Positions 24,723 through 38,695 of a stretch of 64,000 bases of DNA are shown piece after piece. This DNA is from the human T2T-CHM13v2.0 reference genome, Homo sapiens. How positions within the stretch are numbered: the stretch's first letter is position 1; each line of letters opens with the position of its first letter. The notes beneath the pieces are model-generated. The model searched no databases. It saw only the letters and a program-made list of their open reading frames with translations, and had not been told where the DNA came from. The translations under genes and the position numbers were made by a program. The stretch is from the NCBI RefSeq assembly GCF_009914755.1, contig NC_060929.1; one strand, given 5' to 3'.

Positions 24723-25816
24723 CATTTCCTGCATTGTAATGTCTCTGGGACCAGCACAGAGCATGGCTTAGGGAGAAGCTCATGTAAAACACTTATGGAT
24801 TGAAACAGAATTCATCAGGTGCAACATAAAACTGGTGAAGAGATAAACAAGTAATGCTTTCCATTTTCCGCTCTCACTTGGAAAACACTAGTGAGAGGGC
24901 CAGACAATGACATGAAATATAGGAACTGCCCTGGTGGAAAAGGGGCCTCAAATAATCATTCATTTATCATCCATTCCATTTACCATTTTATCCATTCCAT
25001 TGCCATTTCATAATAGGAAATTCTGTAGAAACAGAAAGTAATTACTGGGTGCTTAGGGCTGGGGGAGAAAAATGTTGAGGGAGAATGAGGTTTCCACTCA
25101 TGAGGAAACCCAGGTTTCAGACCTTTCAGCTGTGTGGTGGGTTCAACTTCCCTATTATAAATTTCATGTTTTGGATCATCTCTAATGCATCTGTGCTTTC
25201 TGGGAGACAGTATCCGTCCCTGCTGGCAGCAATGAGCTCTGTGGCCTCACCCTTCCTTTGGTCTGACAATGGAGGAGACAGATGCCTGCTCAAAACAGAA
25301 TGGCCATGAAGATACAGCTCTGCTGGGAGGTTGGGCTGACCATTTCTCAGTAGGCAGAACTTGGCTCAATTCCTTCCCTCTCAGATATCACTAACAATGC
25401 TCCACAATATCTTCAACAGAGAAGTGTAGGGGAAGAAAGACTCTCATCATTGAATTTTTTTAAAGTAATTACTGTGGACTAATTATACAGTTGTTTAGTG
25501 CCTTAGTTTTTCCCTCCTCAGCATGTGTGGATTTATATTGGTGCTAATTGCATCCAGGTGTTCTAAACACCACAGTTAAGCACAGGCAAAGAGAAACTAG
25601 AAACACTTCAAAATCTGAAGGTATATTGGGGCAGAATTCATTGAACATTTTCTATTGTTGTTGGCTTAAATGGCTCTGTCTTCAGACTTGAGTGTTTTTT
25701 AATGTTAATAACTGAAAAATGTTTTCTTTTTCCAATGTAATCTTGAAATTTCTAAAAATTGGGTTATTATCTTGCAGTTCTTGATAAAGAATAGAGTCAG
25801 AAAAACATAAACTAAG

Positions 25817-28105
25817 TGATATGGTTTGGCTCTGTGTCCCCACCCAAATATCATCTTGAACTGTACTCTCATAATTCCTACATGTTGTGGGAGGGGCCTG
25901 ATGGGAGATAATTTGAATCATGGGAGGTTTCCCCCATACTGTCCTCATGGCAGTGAATAAGTCTCATGAGATCTGATGGGTTTATCAGGGATTTCTGCTT
26001 TTGCATCTTCCTCATTTTCTTTCGTCGCCACCATGTAAGAAGTGCCTTTCACCTCCCACCATGATTCTGAGGCGTCCCCAGTCATGTGGAACTGTAAGTC
26101 CAATTAAACCTCTTTTTCTTTCCAATCGCTGGTATGTCTTTATAGGCAGTGTGAAAATGGACTAATACAGTAAGTTGGTACCAGGAGTGAGGCGTTGCTA
26201 AAAAGATACCCGAAAATGTGGAAGCAACTTTGGAACTGGGTAACAGGCAGAGGTTGGAACAGTTTGGAGGGCTCAGAAAAAGGAAAATGTGGGAAAGTTT
26301 GGAACTTCCTAGAGACTTGTTGAATGGCTTTGACAAAAGTGCTAATAATAATATGGACAACGAAGTCCAGGCTGAGGTGGTCTCAGATGGAGCTGAGGAA
26401 CTTGTTGGGAACTGGAGCAAAGGTGACTCTAGTTATGTTTTAGAAAAGAGGCTGGTGACATTTTGCCCCTGCCCTAGAGATGTGTGGAACTTTCAACTTG
26501 AGAGAGATCAATCAGTGTATGTGGCAGAAGAAATTTTTAAGCAGCAAAGCATTCAAGAGGTGACTTGGGTGCTGTTAAAGGTGTTTACTTTTGAAAGGGA
26601 AACAGAGCATAAAAGTTCAAAAAATTTGCAGCCTGACAATGCGATAGAAAACAAAATCCCATTTTCTGAGGAGAAATTCAAGCCAGCTGCAGATATTTGC
26701 ATGAGTAATGAGAAGCTGAAAGTTAATCCCCAAGACAAGGTGGAAAATGTCTCCAGGGCACGTCAGAGACCTTTGCAGCAGCCTCTCCTGTCACAGACCC
26801 GGAGGTCTAGGAGGAAAACATGGTTTCATGGGCAAGGCCTAGGGTCCCTGTGCTGTGTGCAGTGTAGAGGCTTGGTGCTCTGCATCTCAGCTGCTCCAGG
26901 CGTGGCTGAAAGGGATAAACATAGAACTCAGGCTGTGGCTTCAGAGGGTGGAAGCCCCAAGGTTTGGCAGCTTCCACATGGTATGGAGCCTGTGGGTGCA
27001 CAGAAGTCAAGAATTGGGGTTTGGGAACCTCTGCCTAGATTTCAGAAGACGTATGGAAACGCCTGAATGCCCAGGCAGCCGTTTGCTGTGGTGGGGGGGC
27101 TCTCATGGGAAACCTCTGCTCGGGCAGTGCAGAAGGGACATGCACAGCTGGAGCCCCCACACAGAGTCCCTACTGGGGCACCGACTAGTGGAGCTGTGAG
27201 AAGAGGGCCACAGTCCTCCATATCCCAGAATGCTAGATCCACCTACAGCTTATACTGTGCACCTGGAAAAGCCACAGTCACTCAACACCAGCCCGTGAAA
27301 GCAGCCAGGAGGGAGTCTGTATCCTGCAAAGCCAGAGTGGCGGAGCTGCCCAAGACCATGGGAACCCACTTCTTGGATCAGCGTGACCTGGATGTGAGAC
27401 CTGGAGTCAAAGGAGATCACTTTGGACCTTTAAAATTTGACTGCCCTACTGGATTTCAGACTTACATGGGCCCTGTAACCCTTTGTTTTGGTCCATTTCT
27501 CCCACTAGGAATGGCTGTATGTACCCAATACCTATACCCCCATTGTATCTAGGAAGTAACTAGCTGGCTTTTGATCTTACAGGGACTTGCCTTGTCTCAG
27601 ATGAGACTTTGGACTGTAGACTTTTGGGTTAATGCTGAAATGAGTTAAGACTTCGGGGGACTGTTGGGAAGGCATGACTGGTTTTGAAATGTGAGGACAT
27701 GAGATTTGGCGGGCCCAGGGGCGGAATTATATGGTTTGGCTCTGTATCCCCACCCAAATCTCATCTTGAATTGTACTCCCATAATTCCTATGTGTTGTGG
27801 GAGGGACCTGGTGGGAGATAATTTGAATCATGGGGACGGTTTTCCCCATACTGTTCTCATGATAGTGAATAAGTGTCACAAGATCTGAGGGTTTTGTCAG
27901 GAGTTTCTGCTTTTGCATCTTTCTCATTTTCTCTTGCCTCTGCCATGTAAGAAGTGCCTTTCACCTCCTGCCATGATTCTGAGACCTCCTGCCATGATTC
28001 TGAGGCCTCCCCAGCCATGTGGAACTGTAAGTCTAATTAACCTCTTTTTCTTCCTAGTCTCTGGTATGTATGTCTTTATCAGCAGCATGAAAACAGACTA
28101 ATATA
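25817..28105 (+). mobile_element. Complete THE1A MaLR provirus (LTR-int-LTR)
   Basis: 5' LTR 25817-26169, internal 26170-27726, 3' LTR 27727-28105; perfect TSD CTAAG (25812-16, 28106-10). Confidence 0.95.
26287..27552 (+). pseudogene. THE1-int MaLR ORF, near-intact with one in-frame TGA
   Basis: ORFs 26218-27066 and 27067-27552 are in the same frame separated only by TGA 27064-66; MWESLELPRDLLNGFD... matches recalled THE1-int translation. Confidence 0.8.
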
Positions 28106-28210
28106 CTAAGCAAAAACTGGCACACCCAGAGCTAACAGGAGAGCTTAGTTTCTAGAACCATATCCCCTGCCTCCTCAGGGACAGGTCTCTTAACCAATCT
28201 GCAGGGCACC

Positions 28211-28658
28211 TGTTAAGGATTGAAGTGTGTCCCTTACAAAGGTATGCCGAAGTCCTAACCCCTGGTACTTGTGAAGGTGGCCTTTTTGGAAATAGGGTCT
28301 TTGCAGATATAATCAGGTTAAAATAAGGTCATTGGAGTATCCCTAATCCAATATGACTGGTGTCCTTACCAGAGAAAGGAAAGAGACACAGACACGTGGG
28401 GAGAACACCACCTGATGGCAAAGGCAGAGATGGGAGTGATGCATCCACAAGCCAAGGAATGCCCAGGTCAGCCAACGGCATTGGAGGCTGAGAGAAAGGC
28501 CTGGAGCAGACTCTCCCCTAGAGCCTCGGTGGAGAGCATGCCTTGCTGATGCCTTGATTTCTGACTTTTCACCTCCAGACTGGGAGGGAATGAATTTCTG
28601 TTGTGATGAGCCACCCAGACTGTGACCCGTTGTCACAGCAGTCCCAGGGGATTAACAC
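28211..28658 (+). mobile_element. MLT1C-like MaLR solo LTR
   Basis: 'ttggaaatagggtctttgcagatataatcaggttaaaataaggtca', 'ccacaagccaaggaatgc'. Confidence 0.88.
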
Positions 28659-28750
28659 CAAGAGCCCCTTCCTGGCACCATTATCAGAAGCTGCTCAGAG
28701 GAAAAATTGGGTTTTAGGTAAACTTTAAATAACAATCTTAGCTTGATCAT

Positions 28751-29065
<315 letters not shown>

Positions 29066-29974
29066 TTAGGGTATTCCAGATAGCAATAATAATGCCTTCC
29101 ATTTATTGACCATCTTGTGGCAGAAATCCTTTGAGCACTTCCCTACTTCCCTAGAGTTCTTTCATGAAACACATCAGCAGCTCTGGGTATTGCCATTTGC
29201 AGAATTGAGGAGGGTATGGGAAGCTGAAGTTCAGGGACATTACTTTGCTGTGAATTTGCCACCAGAAATGGTGGTGTCCAGGACTGTATCAAAGCCATAT
29301 GGCCATGAGGATTTTGCTTTGAGTAAAGTTGGGATAACTTTTAGAGTTCTGTAAGATGGGAGGATGAATTGGACCTTCCTCCTAGGGTGAGGCTTAGATG
29401 AGTTCCCACATCTCAGGACACGCAACAGGCTGGGCACAGCCACTGCTGGGTAAAGGCTGCCACTGATATTATTTGTATTATTTTGTTTTTATTATAGTTG
29501 TCATCTTGTTGCTTGTCTGTGCTTCTGAAATTACAGTTAAGTGAGCATCCAAAGGCTCTTCTCAATTCCAAAGCCCACCCCTCCGCTTCTGCCCTTCAGG
29601 TGGTATCAGTGGAGCACTGCGTGGTTAGGACTTTCGGCGTAAGAGACAATTAATCAAAGTTAATGGACACTTCTTTGTTATACAACACGACTAATGTCAA
29701 TGGCAAACAAATCACTGAAAAACAATGACCAATAAACCCAACTGAAAGGTTTTTCCATTGAAAATAAAATCAACCATGCCTAATCTACTTGGATTTCAAA
29801 TGAAGTCATAATTGCTTTTTGCTGAAACTACTCCAGTTACCCAATACCCTGCACCAGTAATGATTAAACAAATCTATGAACTTAAACTTGGGAATTAGTG
29901 AAGGGCTTTTCTTCGGGCAAAAAATTGTACAAACAATCCCTAGGATGTTAATCAATGAAACAAATTAACAGTCA

Positions 29975-30222
29975 GGAGCCCAGGCTCAGAACCTGGTGTA
30001 CCATGGATTCAAATACTTGCTGTGCCACTTGGCTTCAGATCTTGAACAATTCACTGAATGTCCCATGTGCCTTACTTTGCTAATCCCTATAATGGGGATG
30101 ATGATAGTACCTGTTTCATTGGATTGTTGGGCTGATTGTGTGAGTGAATACATATAAAATGCTTAGAACAGTGTCTGGCATGTAACGAGCAGTCAAAACA
30201 GGGTTGACATTATTATTATTAT
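29975..30222 (+). mobile_element. MIR SINE
   Basis: 'ctataatggggatgatgatagtacct...aaaatgcttagaacagtgtctggcatgtaa...attattatt'. Confidence 0.85.
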
Positions 30223-30293
30223 TTAGATGTTTCGCAAATTACTAGTTTTGTTTTTTCAAATATCTATTCTTCTAAACACTTTTTTTTTTTTCT

Positions 30294-30634
<341 letters not shown>

Positions 30635-33454
30635 TTAGAGATAATTGAGTTATGAACTGGGTAAGACTCCAAAGGGAGCCCAGTTGCACCTTCGCGTCAT
30701 CTATATTCCCGTTTTCACATGTCCCTCACACCCGTGCTAGGATGATTGAGTATGACAGAGACATGCCTCCCCCATGCCTGTGCTTTAGGGAACTAGCTCA
30801 TCCACTTCTCCCACGGCCCCACTGAACTCTGGGCTGAGTAACTAGGCCTCTGGGGTTGGAGGACTAAAGCTCAGAAGTGGGCACCTAAAGAGGAGATTTT
30901 CTGGTGCATTCTCTTCCACCAATGTTCTAATGCAAAGTCTATCAGGAAATCTAGGTTTATATATCTCTGAAGAGTGTTTATTCAATTTACCAAAAAGAAT
31001 ATAAAATGTACAGTAAGTTCTTTCTAAAATATAAGTGTTTCCATTATCTTTGATGTATGAGTGAATAAAACATTGATTTAGACAATGTGGCATGTGCCCC
31101 GGAAATGGAAATACAGCATTGGTCTGGGGAAGGGATTAATATTTATTGATCACTACTATGTGCCAGACATTTTATATACAACTTATTTCAATTTCAATTT
31201 CACATCAACCCAGTACAGTAGGTTTGACACCAATTTTTTAAAAAAGACCATTTATTCTCAGAGTTGTTGAACAATCTGGACTGTATTGGACGGCGGAGTA
31301 GTGAGTTAGAGTGTCCATCACTCCATCCGGGGCCCTCTTGCCCTCCCAAAACCCAGCCCCCAACAGCCCGTCCCACTGAGCAGCTGGAGTCCATCCTGTA
31401 AGGCAGCAGGCTTTTCACATGATTGCCCCGCATATCATTTGCTTTGCATCTCTTTAAATTGTACCAGTTAGTCTCCCCAGGGCCTCCCCAGATTCCAAGT
31501 AGATCCCTCTGGCAGCTCTGCTGTGCTTGGCATTACCAGCACTCTCTGAGCTGAGACTCAGCCTCTTCCTCTTAACTTGTGCAGCCAAAGTTCTCTGCAC
31601 ACCTCATCGGCAGGTTCATCTTCTCAGTGAAGCCTGTAGAGATGGGAAACAAGTAGATACAAAATTACATATGAATTTAGATTTTTTTTTTCTAAAGCAA
31701 TAGGAAAATTTACTCATCTATTTTTCCCGTTTACCCCTACTTTAATTCTGTTTTCCCTTTCTAAGTTTACACAATAAGCAGCTAATCCCACTTGCTCTCT
31801 CTTTTGGGCCTGGAGTTCCTTAGGGCAGCTCTCTCACCCCACAAAGGAGCCAGGAGTTCTCTGGCTGCCTCCTTCCTAAGCTTGGAGGGTGCATTGCCCT
31901 GCTTTTCTTTCTATGTGGATGCTGAAATCTTCTCAGTTGTATCATGGTTGAAAGCTTCATTATTCCTTTTGCCTGTAAGAAGAGCCTTAGATTGAAACAG
32001 AATATCTAATTACATTGGAAGGAAAAATATCGACATTCATTTATAAAATATCTTCCTGGTATCTTCCTAGACAGACGTTCCGTTTAATGAACTAGAGAGC
32101 TACTAGCTTCCCTCCCATCACTGCAGAAATCATACAGATAAGATGCCAGGGCTAGCAGAGTTAAGAGGCAGTGGTTATGCAGCTCTAGTTTCCTAACATA
32201 CTCGGGCTATGTTAGAATAAAAAAGTCTTTGAGGGCTGGTGCTGGCTGGGGCAGGGGCCAGCTCCGATGAAAGCACACTGCAAGCTTCAGTAGAGAAACA
32301 ACAGGGGCCCGAGCACAACTTCAAAAAGCAGTTGCAAGGACTACAGATATTTCCTTTTTTTTTTTTTTCCAAGTTTGAGGATTGAAGCTGGAGCATCGGA
32401 ACTTCAGGAAAAGAAGGAGCAGCGCAAGGAAGACTGAGATGATTTCTGATGATCATCAGAGCAAAGGAAGTGCTGAGCAGTGAATGAGGCTGTCTTAATT
32501 CTCCCACTTGAGCTTGAGAGCAGCAGTCAGGAGCTGTCTGCATCTCCTTTCATTCTCCTTTCATTCAACGTTATGTAACAGTCCCTCTAAAAGGAAACTC
32601 TCTACCTAGCTACTGAATTAATTGATGTCCTTAAGCCCTGGGGGAACCTCTGTGGACAGCCATGTTGCTGCCTCAAAATGGGAAGAAAGAGAAATCACTC
32701 AGGGGAATATAATTTTGTATTGTTCTTCATGAGACAGGAGAGAAGAAGGGAGTGTTGGGAGTTCTGGACTGGAAGAAATGTGTGTAACTAAATATAGTAA
32801 TTGCATTATTCACAGCAGGCTTATGCTGCAGTTGTATTTATTGCTGCATGAAATTTTTTTTCTATAAGATTCAGAGCCTATATTTATAGGATCAAAGTCA
32901 ATAATTTTTAAAATTATTATTATCACAAAAGTATTGGGAATGCCCTTGAACTTGTTATAGTTTTAAAAGTGTAAAATTGCATTCTGATTCTGACTGAAAT
33001 TAATGTGCTCAGGCACTCACTGGGGGCTCTGGAAAATACACAAAATACACACAAACTTCCATATAACTTTTAAAACAAACTCAGTATTGATAATGAGACT
33101 GCTTCACCAGATAATACAAGCAAAAGTATGGGTGTGGTAAAATATTCAGAGATTTAGGCCAGTCTTCGGGCAAGACAGCAGAGTAGGTTCTTCCTGGTAT
33201 CTATTTTAAGAATCTAGCAGCAAAAGAAAATGGTAGAACCATTTGGGAATTCTTCATGGACGGTTGGCTGTGAGAAAATAACGCTGTCAAGGCTGTGCTT
33301 TGCTAAACAGGCAGGCTACCGTCCATGTGTGCTCCACACCCTGATGAAAATGATCAGAGCTCTGCCTTGACAAACGGCAACCATTCCGTTTCTATTCCAT
33401 TGAAAGGCAGCCCCAAAATGGCATCTAGTGAAGAAATCAATGAAAGAATGGTGT

Positions 33455-35040
33455 TTTTTTAGTTGAACTATTTATTGAGATAATTGAACATTCACATGCA
33501 TTTGTAAGTAATAATATACAGAGATCCTCTCTACCCTTTACTCATTTTCCCTCAATGGTAACACCTTGGAAAATTATAGTGCAATTATCACAACCAGGGT
33601 ATAGACATTAATACAATCCTCCAACCTGACCCCGATTTCCTGGTTTGCTTGTATTCATTTGTATGGCGTGTGTGTGTGTGTTTCGTTCTGCATAATTTTA
33701 TTATGCATGTAGGTTCCTGCTTCCTGCATGCACCGCTACAATCTAGATATCTACATACAGAACAATTCTGTATGGCTTTTCCTTCTTTTAAAACCACACC
33801 CACCTTCCGTTGGCCCCACTCCTCACCTCCCAGGGCCTAAGTCCTGGCAACTACTAATCTATTCCTCTGCGTTTCTAACATTTTGTTATTTCAAAAACAT
33901 TATGCAAGTGGAATCATACAGTATGTAAACTTTTGGGGATTCGCTTTTTTCACTCAATGTGTTTCCTTAGAGATTCATTCAAGTTGTCAGGTGTATCAAT
34001 AGTTTGTTCCTTTTACTGCTTCATGGTCTGTGATCTGGATATATCATGGTTTGTTTAACATTTACCTTTGAAGAACATCTGTGCTGCTTCCAGTTTGGGG
34101 CTATTATAAATAAAGCTGTGATGAACATTTGTGTATAGTTTTTGGTGTGAACATAAGTCTTCATTTCTCTGGGACAAATGCCTATGGGTGCCATTACTGG
34201 GTTATTTTGTATATTCATGCTGGGTTTTATAAGAAACTGTCAAATTGCTTTCCAGATTGTACCATTTCACATCCCCACCAACAATGTGTGAGTGATCTGG
34301 TTTCTCTGCATCCTTGCCAGCATTTAGTGTTGTCGCTATTTTTTATTTTAACCATCCTAGTAGGTGTGTAGTGATAACGGATGATGGTTTTAATTTGCAT
34401 TTCCCTGATGGCTAATGATGATGAGCATCTTTTCATGTGGTTATTTGCCATCTGTATTTATTCTTGGCAGAAGGTCTGTAGGTATCTTGCCCATTTTCCA
34501 TTTGGATTGTTCAGTTTTTTACTGTTGAGTTGGAAAGTTCTTTTTATATGCTAAATATTAGTCTTTTGTTGGACGTGTGGTTTGCAAAGATTTTCTCCCA
34601 GTCTGCCACCTGTCTTTTCATCCTCTTCACATGGTCCCTTTCAGACAAAAAGTTTTGACATTTCACGAGGCCTCATTTACCATTTTTTTCATGGATTATA
34701 CTTTGGCAACAAGTCTAAGTACTCCTTGCCTAGATCGCAAAGTCTCCTATGTTTTGTTTGTTTGTTTGTTTGTTTTGGTTTTTTTCCCTAAAAGTTTTAT
34801 CATTTTAAGGTCTACATATAAATTCATGACTTATCTTGACTCAATTCTTGTATGAGATATGAGGTTTCATTGCAGTTCCTGTTGTTGCCTATGGATGCCC
34901 AGTTTCTCAAGCACCGTTTTCTGAAAAGGCTCTCCCTCCTCCCTCCTTCTCTCAATTGTTTTCACACCTTTGTCAAAAGCCAGTTGAGCATGTCTGTATG
35001 TGTCTATTTCTGGGGTCTGTATTCTGTTTCTTCAGTCTAT
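33455..35040 (-). mobile_element. L1MD/L1MC-type LINE 3' portion
   Basis: 3' UTR 'aataatacagagatcc...caatggtaacaccttgg'; minus ORF 34227-34451 (HMKRCSSSLAIREMQIKT...KCWQGC) is the L1 ORF2 C-terminal Cys-rich region. Confidence 0.9.
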
Positions 35041-35178
35041 GAAAGCAGAGCTTTAAGAATTGTTCTGAGACATGAAAAGCCCATTCAGTTTTGTTGTTTG
35101 TGTCCCTTGAATAAGCATGCTCTGCACTTTTATTTTCTCATATGTATGCTAACTTCTACGTGTGTTTGGAAATGAAGA

Positions 35179-35811
35179 TGATACAGGAGCTAAGAAGAAA
35201 GTACTTAGGCAGATAATGAGGGTACAGAGTCCTCAGTAAGGTTTTCCTTTCAATAAAAAGCAGCCCCCAAGTCATTTTCTTTTCTAACAAAGAGCAGCCT
35301 GTAAAATTGAGCTGCAGACATAGACAAGCAAGCTGGAAGCTTGCACAGAAGAATGTTGGCAGTTGTGCCAATAGGAATATACTACCTGCGGCTAGGCATG
35401 TTCAAAATGGTGGCTCCATTTTCTCTTTTTGCCAGCCACATGTACAGCAAGGAGCAGGGAAGATGGCACTGGCCAAGCAGAAAGCCCATTTGCATAATAA
35501 GATTAGGCTGGGGCGACAAGCCTTCCCTGAGCACCATGTCAATGTCACACCTGGTGGAACCAATATGGGGGCCCTACGTAAATCAGACACTGCCCCCTCA
35601 AGCCTGCCTATAAATTCTGCTGTGGTCCACCACTTTTTCCTTTTCAGACGCCCCTCCTAACAAGATAGACAGAGAGCTGCTCTCCTCTCTTCTTTCTTCT
35701 GCCTATTAAACCTTCTGCTCCTTAACTCACTCCATGTGTGTGTCTGTGTCACTAATCTCGGCACAAGACGCTGAACCCCAGGTATTTACCTCAGACAAGA
35801 ATGCCACTTCA
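35179..35811 (+). mobile_element. LTR9-family ERV1 solo LTR
   Basis: TG...CA, 4-bp TSD AAGA (35175-78, 35812-15); start 'tgatacaggagctaagaagaaa...ttaggcagata'; CCAAT, TATAAA and ATTAAA in order. Confidence 0.88.
35488..35501. promoter_or_regulatory. Octamer (POU) motif with degenerate adjacent SOX half-site in LTR9
   Basis: ATTTGCATAATAAG; perfect ATTTGCAT. Confidence 0.5.
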
Positions 35812-36048
35812 AAGACACACACACCTAACCCTTTACATATATACATACATATAAATACACACATATATATTCAGGTGTGTATGATATACACACACACATA
35901 CGCACATACATCACACACACATATATATGTATATCTATATAATTAAAAATATAAAACTCTCGTGTAAGTTAATTAGAGTAAAACCTCATCACATCATGAG
36001 TTGCCAATTAAAGGTTTATGATTTTCTTATTTAGAAATAAATTTTCCA

Positions 36049-36355
<307 letters not shown>

Positions 36356-38695
36356 TTATACTTACAGTAACAAAATTTAAGTTGTAATTCACTCTACTTG
36401 TACCTAACATTAATTTTATAATTGCTCTGTCACTATTTCCTTATTTTTTACTGTCATAATAATAATAGCTAGTAGTTGGGGAATAAGAGTTTTCTTAATT
36501 CAAGTTGTACATTTTTAAACTTAAGTGAAACTTAAGCTGAGCACTTATTAATCATATTTTATGTCCAAGGAATGGAATTTCCCTTTCTTTTTTCAAAATC
36601 AAATTGAAATTTAAAACCTGATAACAAATTGATTATGAGCAGTGGTAAATCAGATTCATATTTTGTGCTGAAAATTATATGAATATGTGTGATTATAAGA
36701 TATAAGGGCATAGACACACACACACACATTTACTTAAGAAAAAAGTCATTGGTTCATGATGCCAATACTTGTTAAGACTACAAAAAAAATTGTCCCTTGA
36801 GAGCTGAATTAGCGAAATCCATGTAGAGGTTAGTTCTCAGCACAGTTCTCCTAAATGAGGGAATATTTTTCAAGTCAAAGTAGAATTCTTAGTACATTTT
36901 GGACTAAATATGAAAGACAAATATAACCAACAAAATGTCATTAATAAATGCTAAAATTGAATTATTTGTGTGGGATTCCAAAAAGTGAGGATTTGAAGCT
37001 TATCATATCCCTGGTATTTCCAATGGAGCAAGCAACCTGATGAACAAAAATTATGTATATACATATACCTTATATTATGAGGAGAGAGAGAAAGAGACAG
37101 AGAGACAGAGAGAGAAAGGGAAATATTAATGCATTAATGCATTAAATTTTTAGGTTGATCACACTGGTCATTCGAATAACATTTTATTTCCTAATTTTCT
37201 CATATTATGCACATGAAATAATTTTACCATTTCTATTGATTTTCCTTTAGCACCTACGTCATGGAGAAAATGTGTCTACCCGCAACTCCCGCTAACAAAC
37301 ATGGTCATTTATTGGCCAGTTTAGTTCCCATTTTCAGTTAATAACTTGGCTTTATTGTCTACACGTCAGACCCTTGTGAATGTTGTGTAGTTGTTGCTGT
37401 GAATGGATGCCCTTCAACACTAACTACATGCACAGAAATCAATTTCTGCACCTACAGAGCTGAGGATAAGACCCTGGGCTCTGGCCTCCCTCCAAGGCTG
37501 GGTACCTTGGGAGACCTGCCCTGAAATCAGCTGACCATGTCGTAATTGTCATCTCATCTCATGCCTCTTGGTCACTGCCACACAGAGTATACTCTGTAGT
37601 GGAGGAGAAAATAAAAGGCTGTAGAGAATCAGAGCCTAAACTATCTGGTAACCATTACAGGATATTTAGAATTAATCCACTTGTACACCTGATTTCTACC
37701 TCTTGTTGACTCATCAGCTTCATCTTGTTTATTTATCTGTTCTCCTGCAAAACAGCTTCTCATAAGAAAGGTTGGCAGTCTGCTGTAGACTTCTTGGTCC
37801 ATTTCCTTTTGCATTGGTAAACTTTGTTCAGACTGAATGGAACCTGCTGCCTAGAACATTTTGCCTTGATTAACGCCGAATAACTATGTCTCTTACAGAG
37901 TTACAACTATCCCAACTTTATCTGCAAATACATCTTTACTAAAACGTTATTTTTTTTTTACTGGATGTAATTCTTAATAGACCTTGTTTCTTAGCACATC
38001 TTTCGGTTTCCTGCAAAACTGATCAAAAGGTACAGAGATTTCCCATGTACCCACTCTGCCCCCACACCTGCACAGCCTGCCTCATCATAAAAATCCCCCA
38101 CCAGGGTGTATGCTTGTTAAAACTGGTGAACCTATATCAACACATCATTAAAAGATTATAGTTTACATTACAGTTCAATTTTGGTGTTGTACATCCTCCA
38201 GATTTGGAAAAATTTATAATGACCTGTATTCACCATTGGAGTGTCATACAGTGTAATTTCACATTGCTGTGGTGTTCATGAGCATGGTTTTGTATTTTAC
38301 AGAAGTATCAGTGTTTGGCCTAAAAATGCTTTGTGCTCTGTCTAGTCATCCCCCACTTCCCCCAACCCCTGGCAACCACTAACCTTTTCACGGTCTCCAT
38401 AGTTGCATTTTTCAGAATGTCACATATTTGGAATTGTACAGTAACCAGCCTTTTCACATTGGATTTTTTCACTAAGTAACATGCATTTAAGTTTCCTCCA
38501 TGTCTTTTATAGCTTAGCTTGATAGCTCATTTCTTTTTTTGTGTTGAATAATATTTCATTGTCTGGATGTACCACAGTTTATTTACCCAGTCACCTACTG
38601 CAGGACATTTTGGTTGCTTCCAAGTTTGTCGATTATGAATAAGGCTGTTGTAAACATCTATGTACATGTTTTTGTGTGAGCAGAAGGTTTCAGCT

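Noticed and set aside
28006-28018. PRDM9 hotspot motif in THE1A LTR
   Set aside because: Reads CCTCCCCAGCCAT, mismatching CCNCCNTNNCCNC at positions 7 and 13; the 5' LTR copy is more degraded
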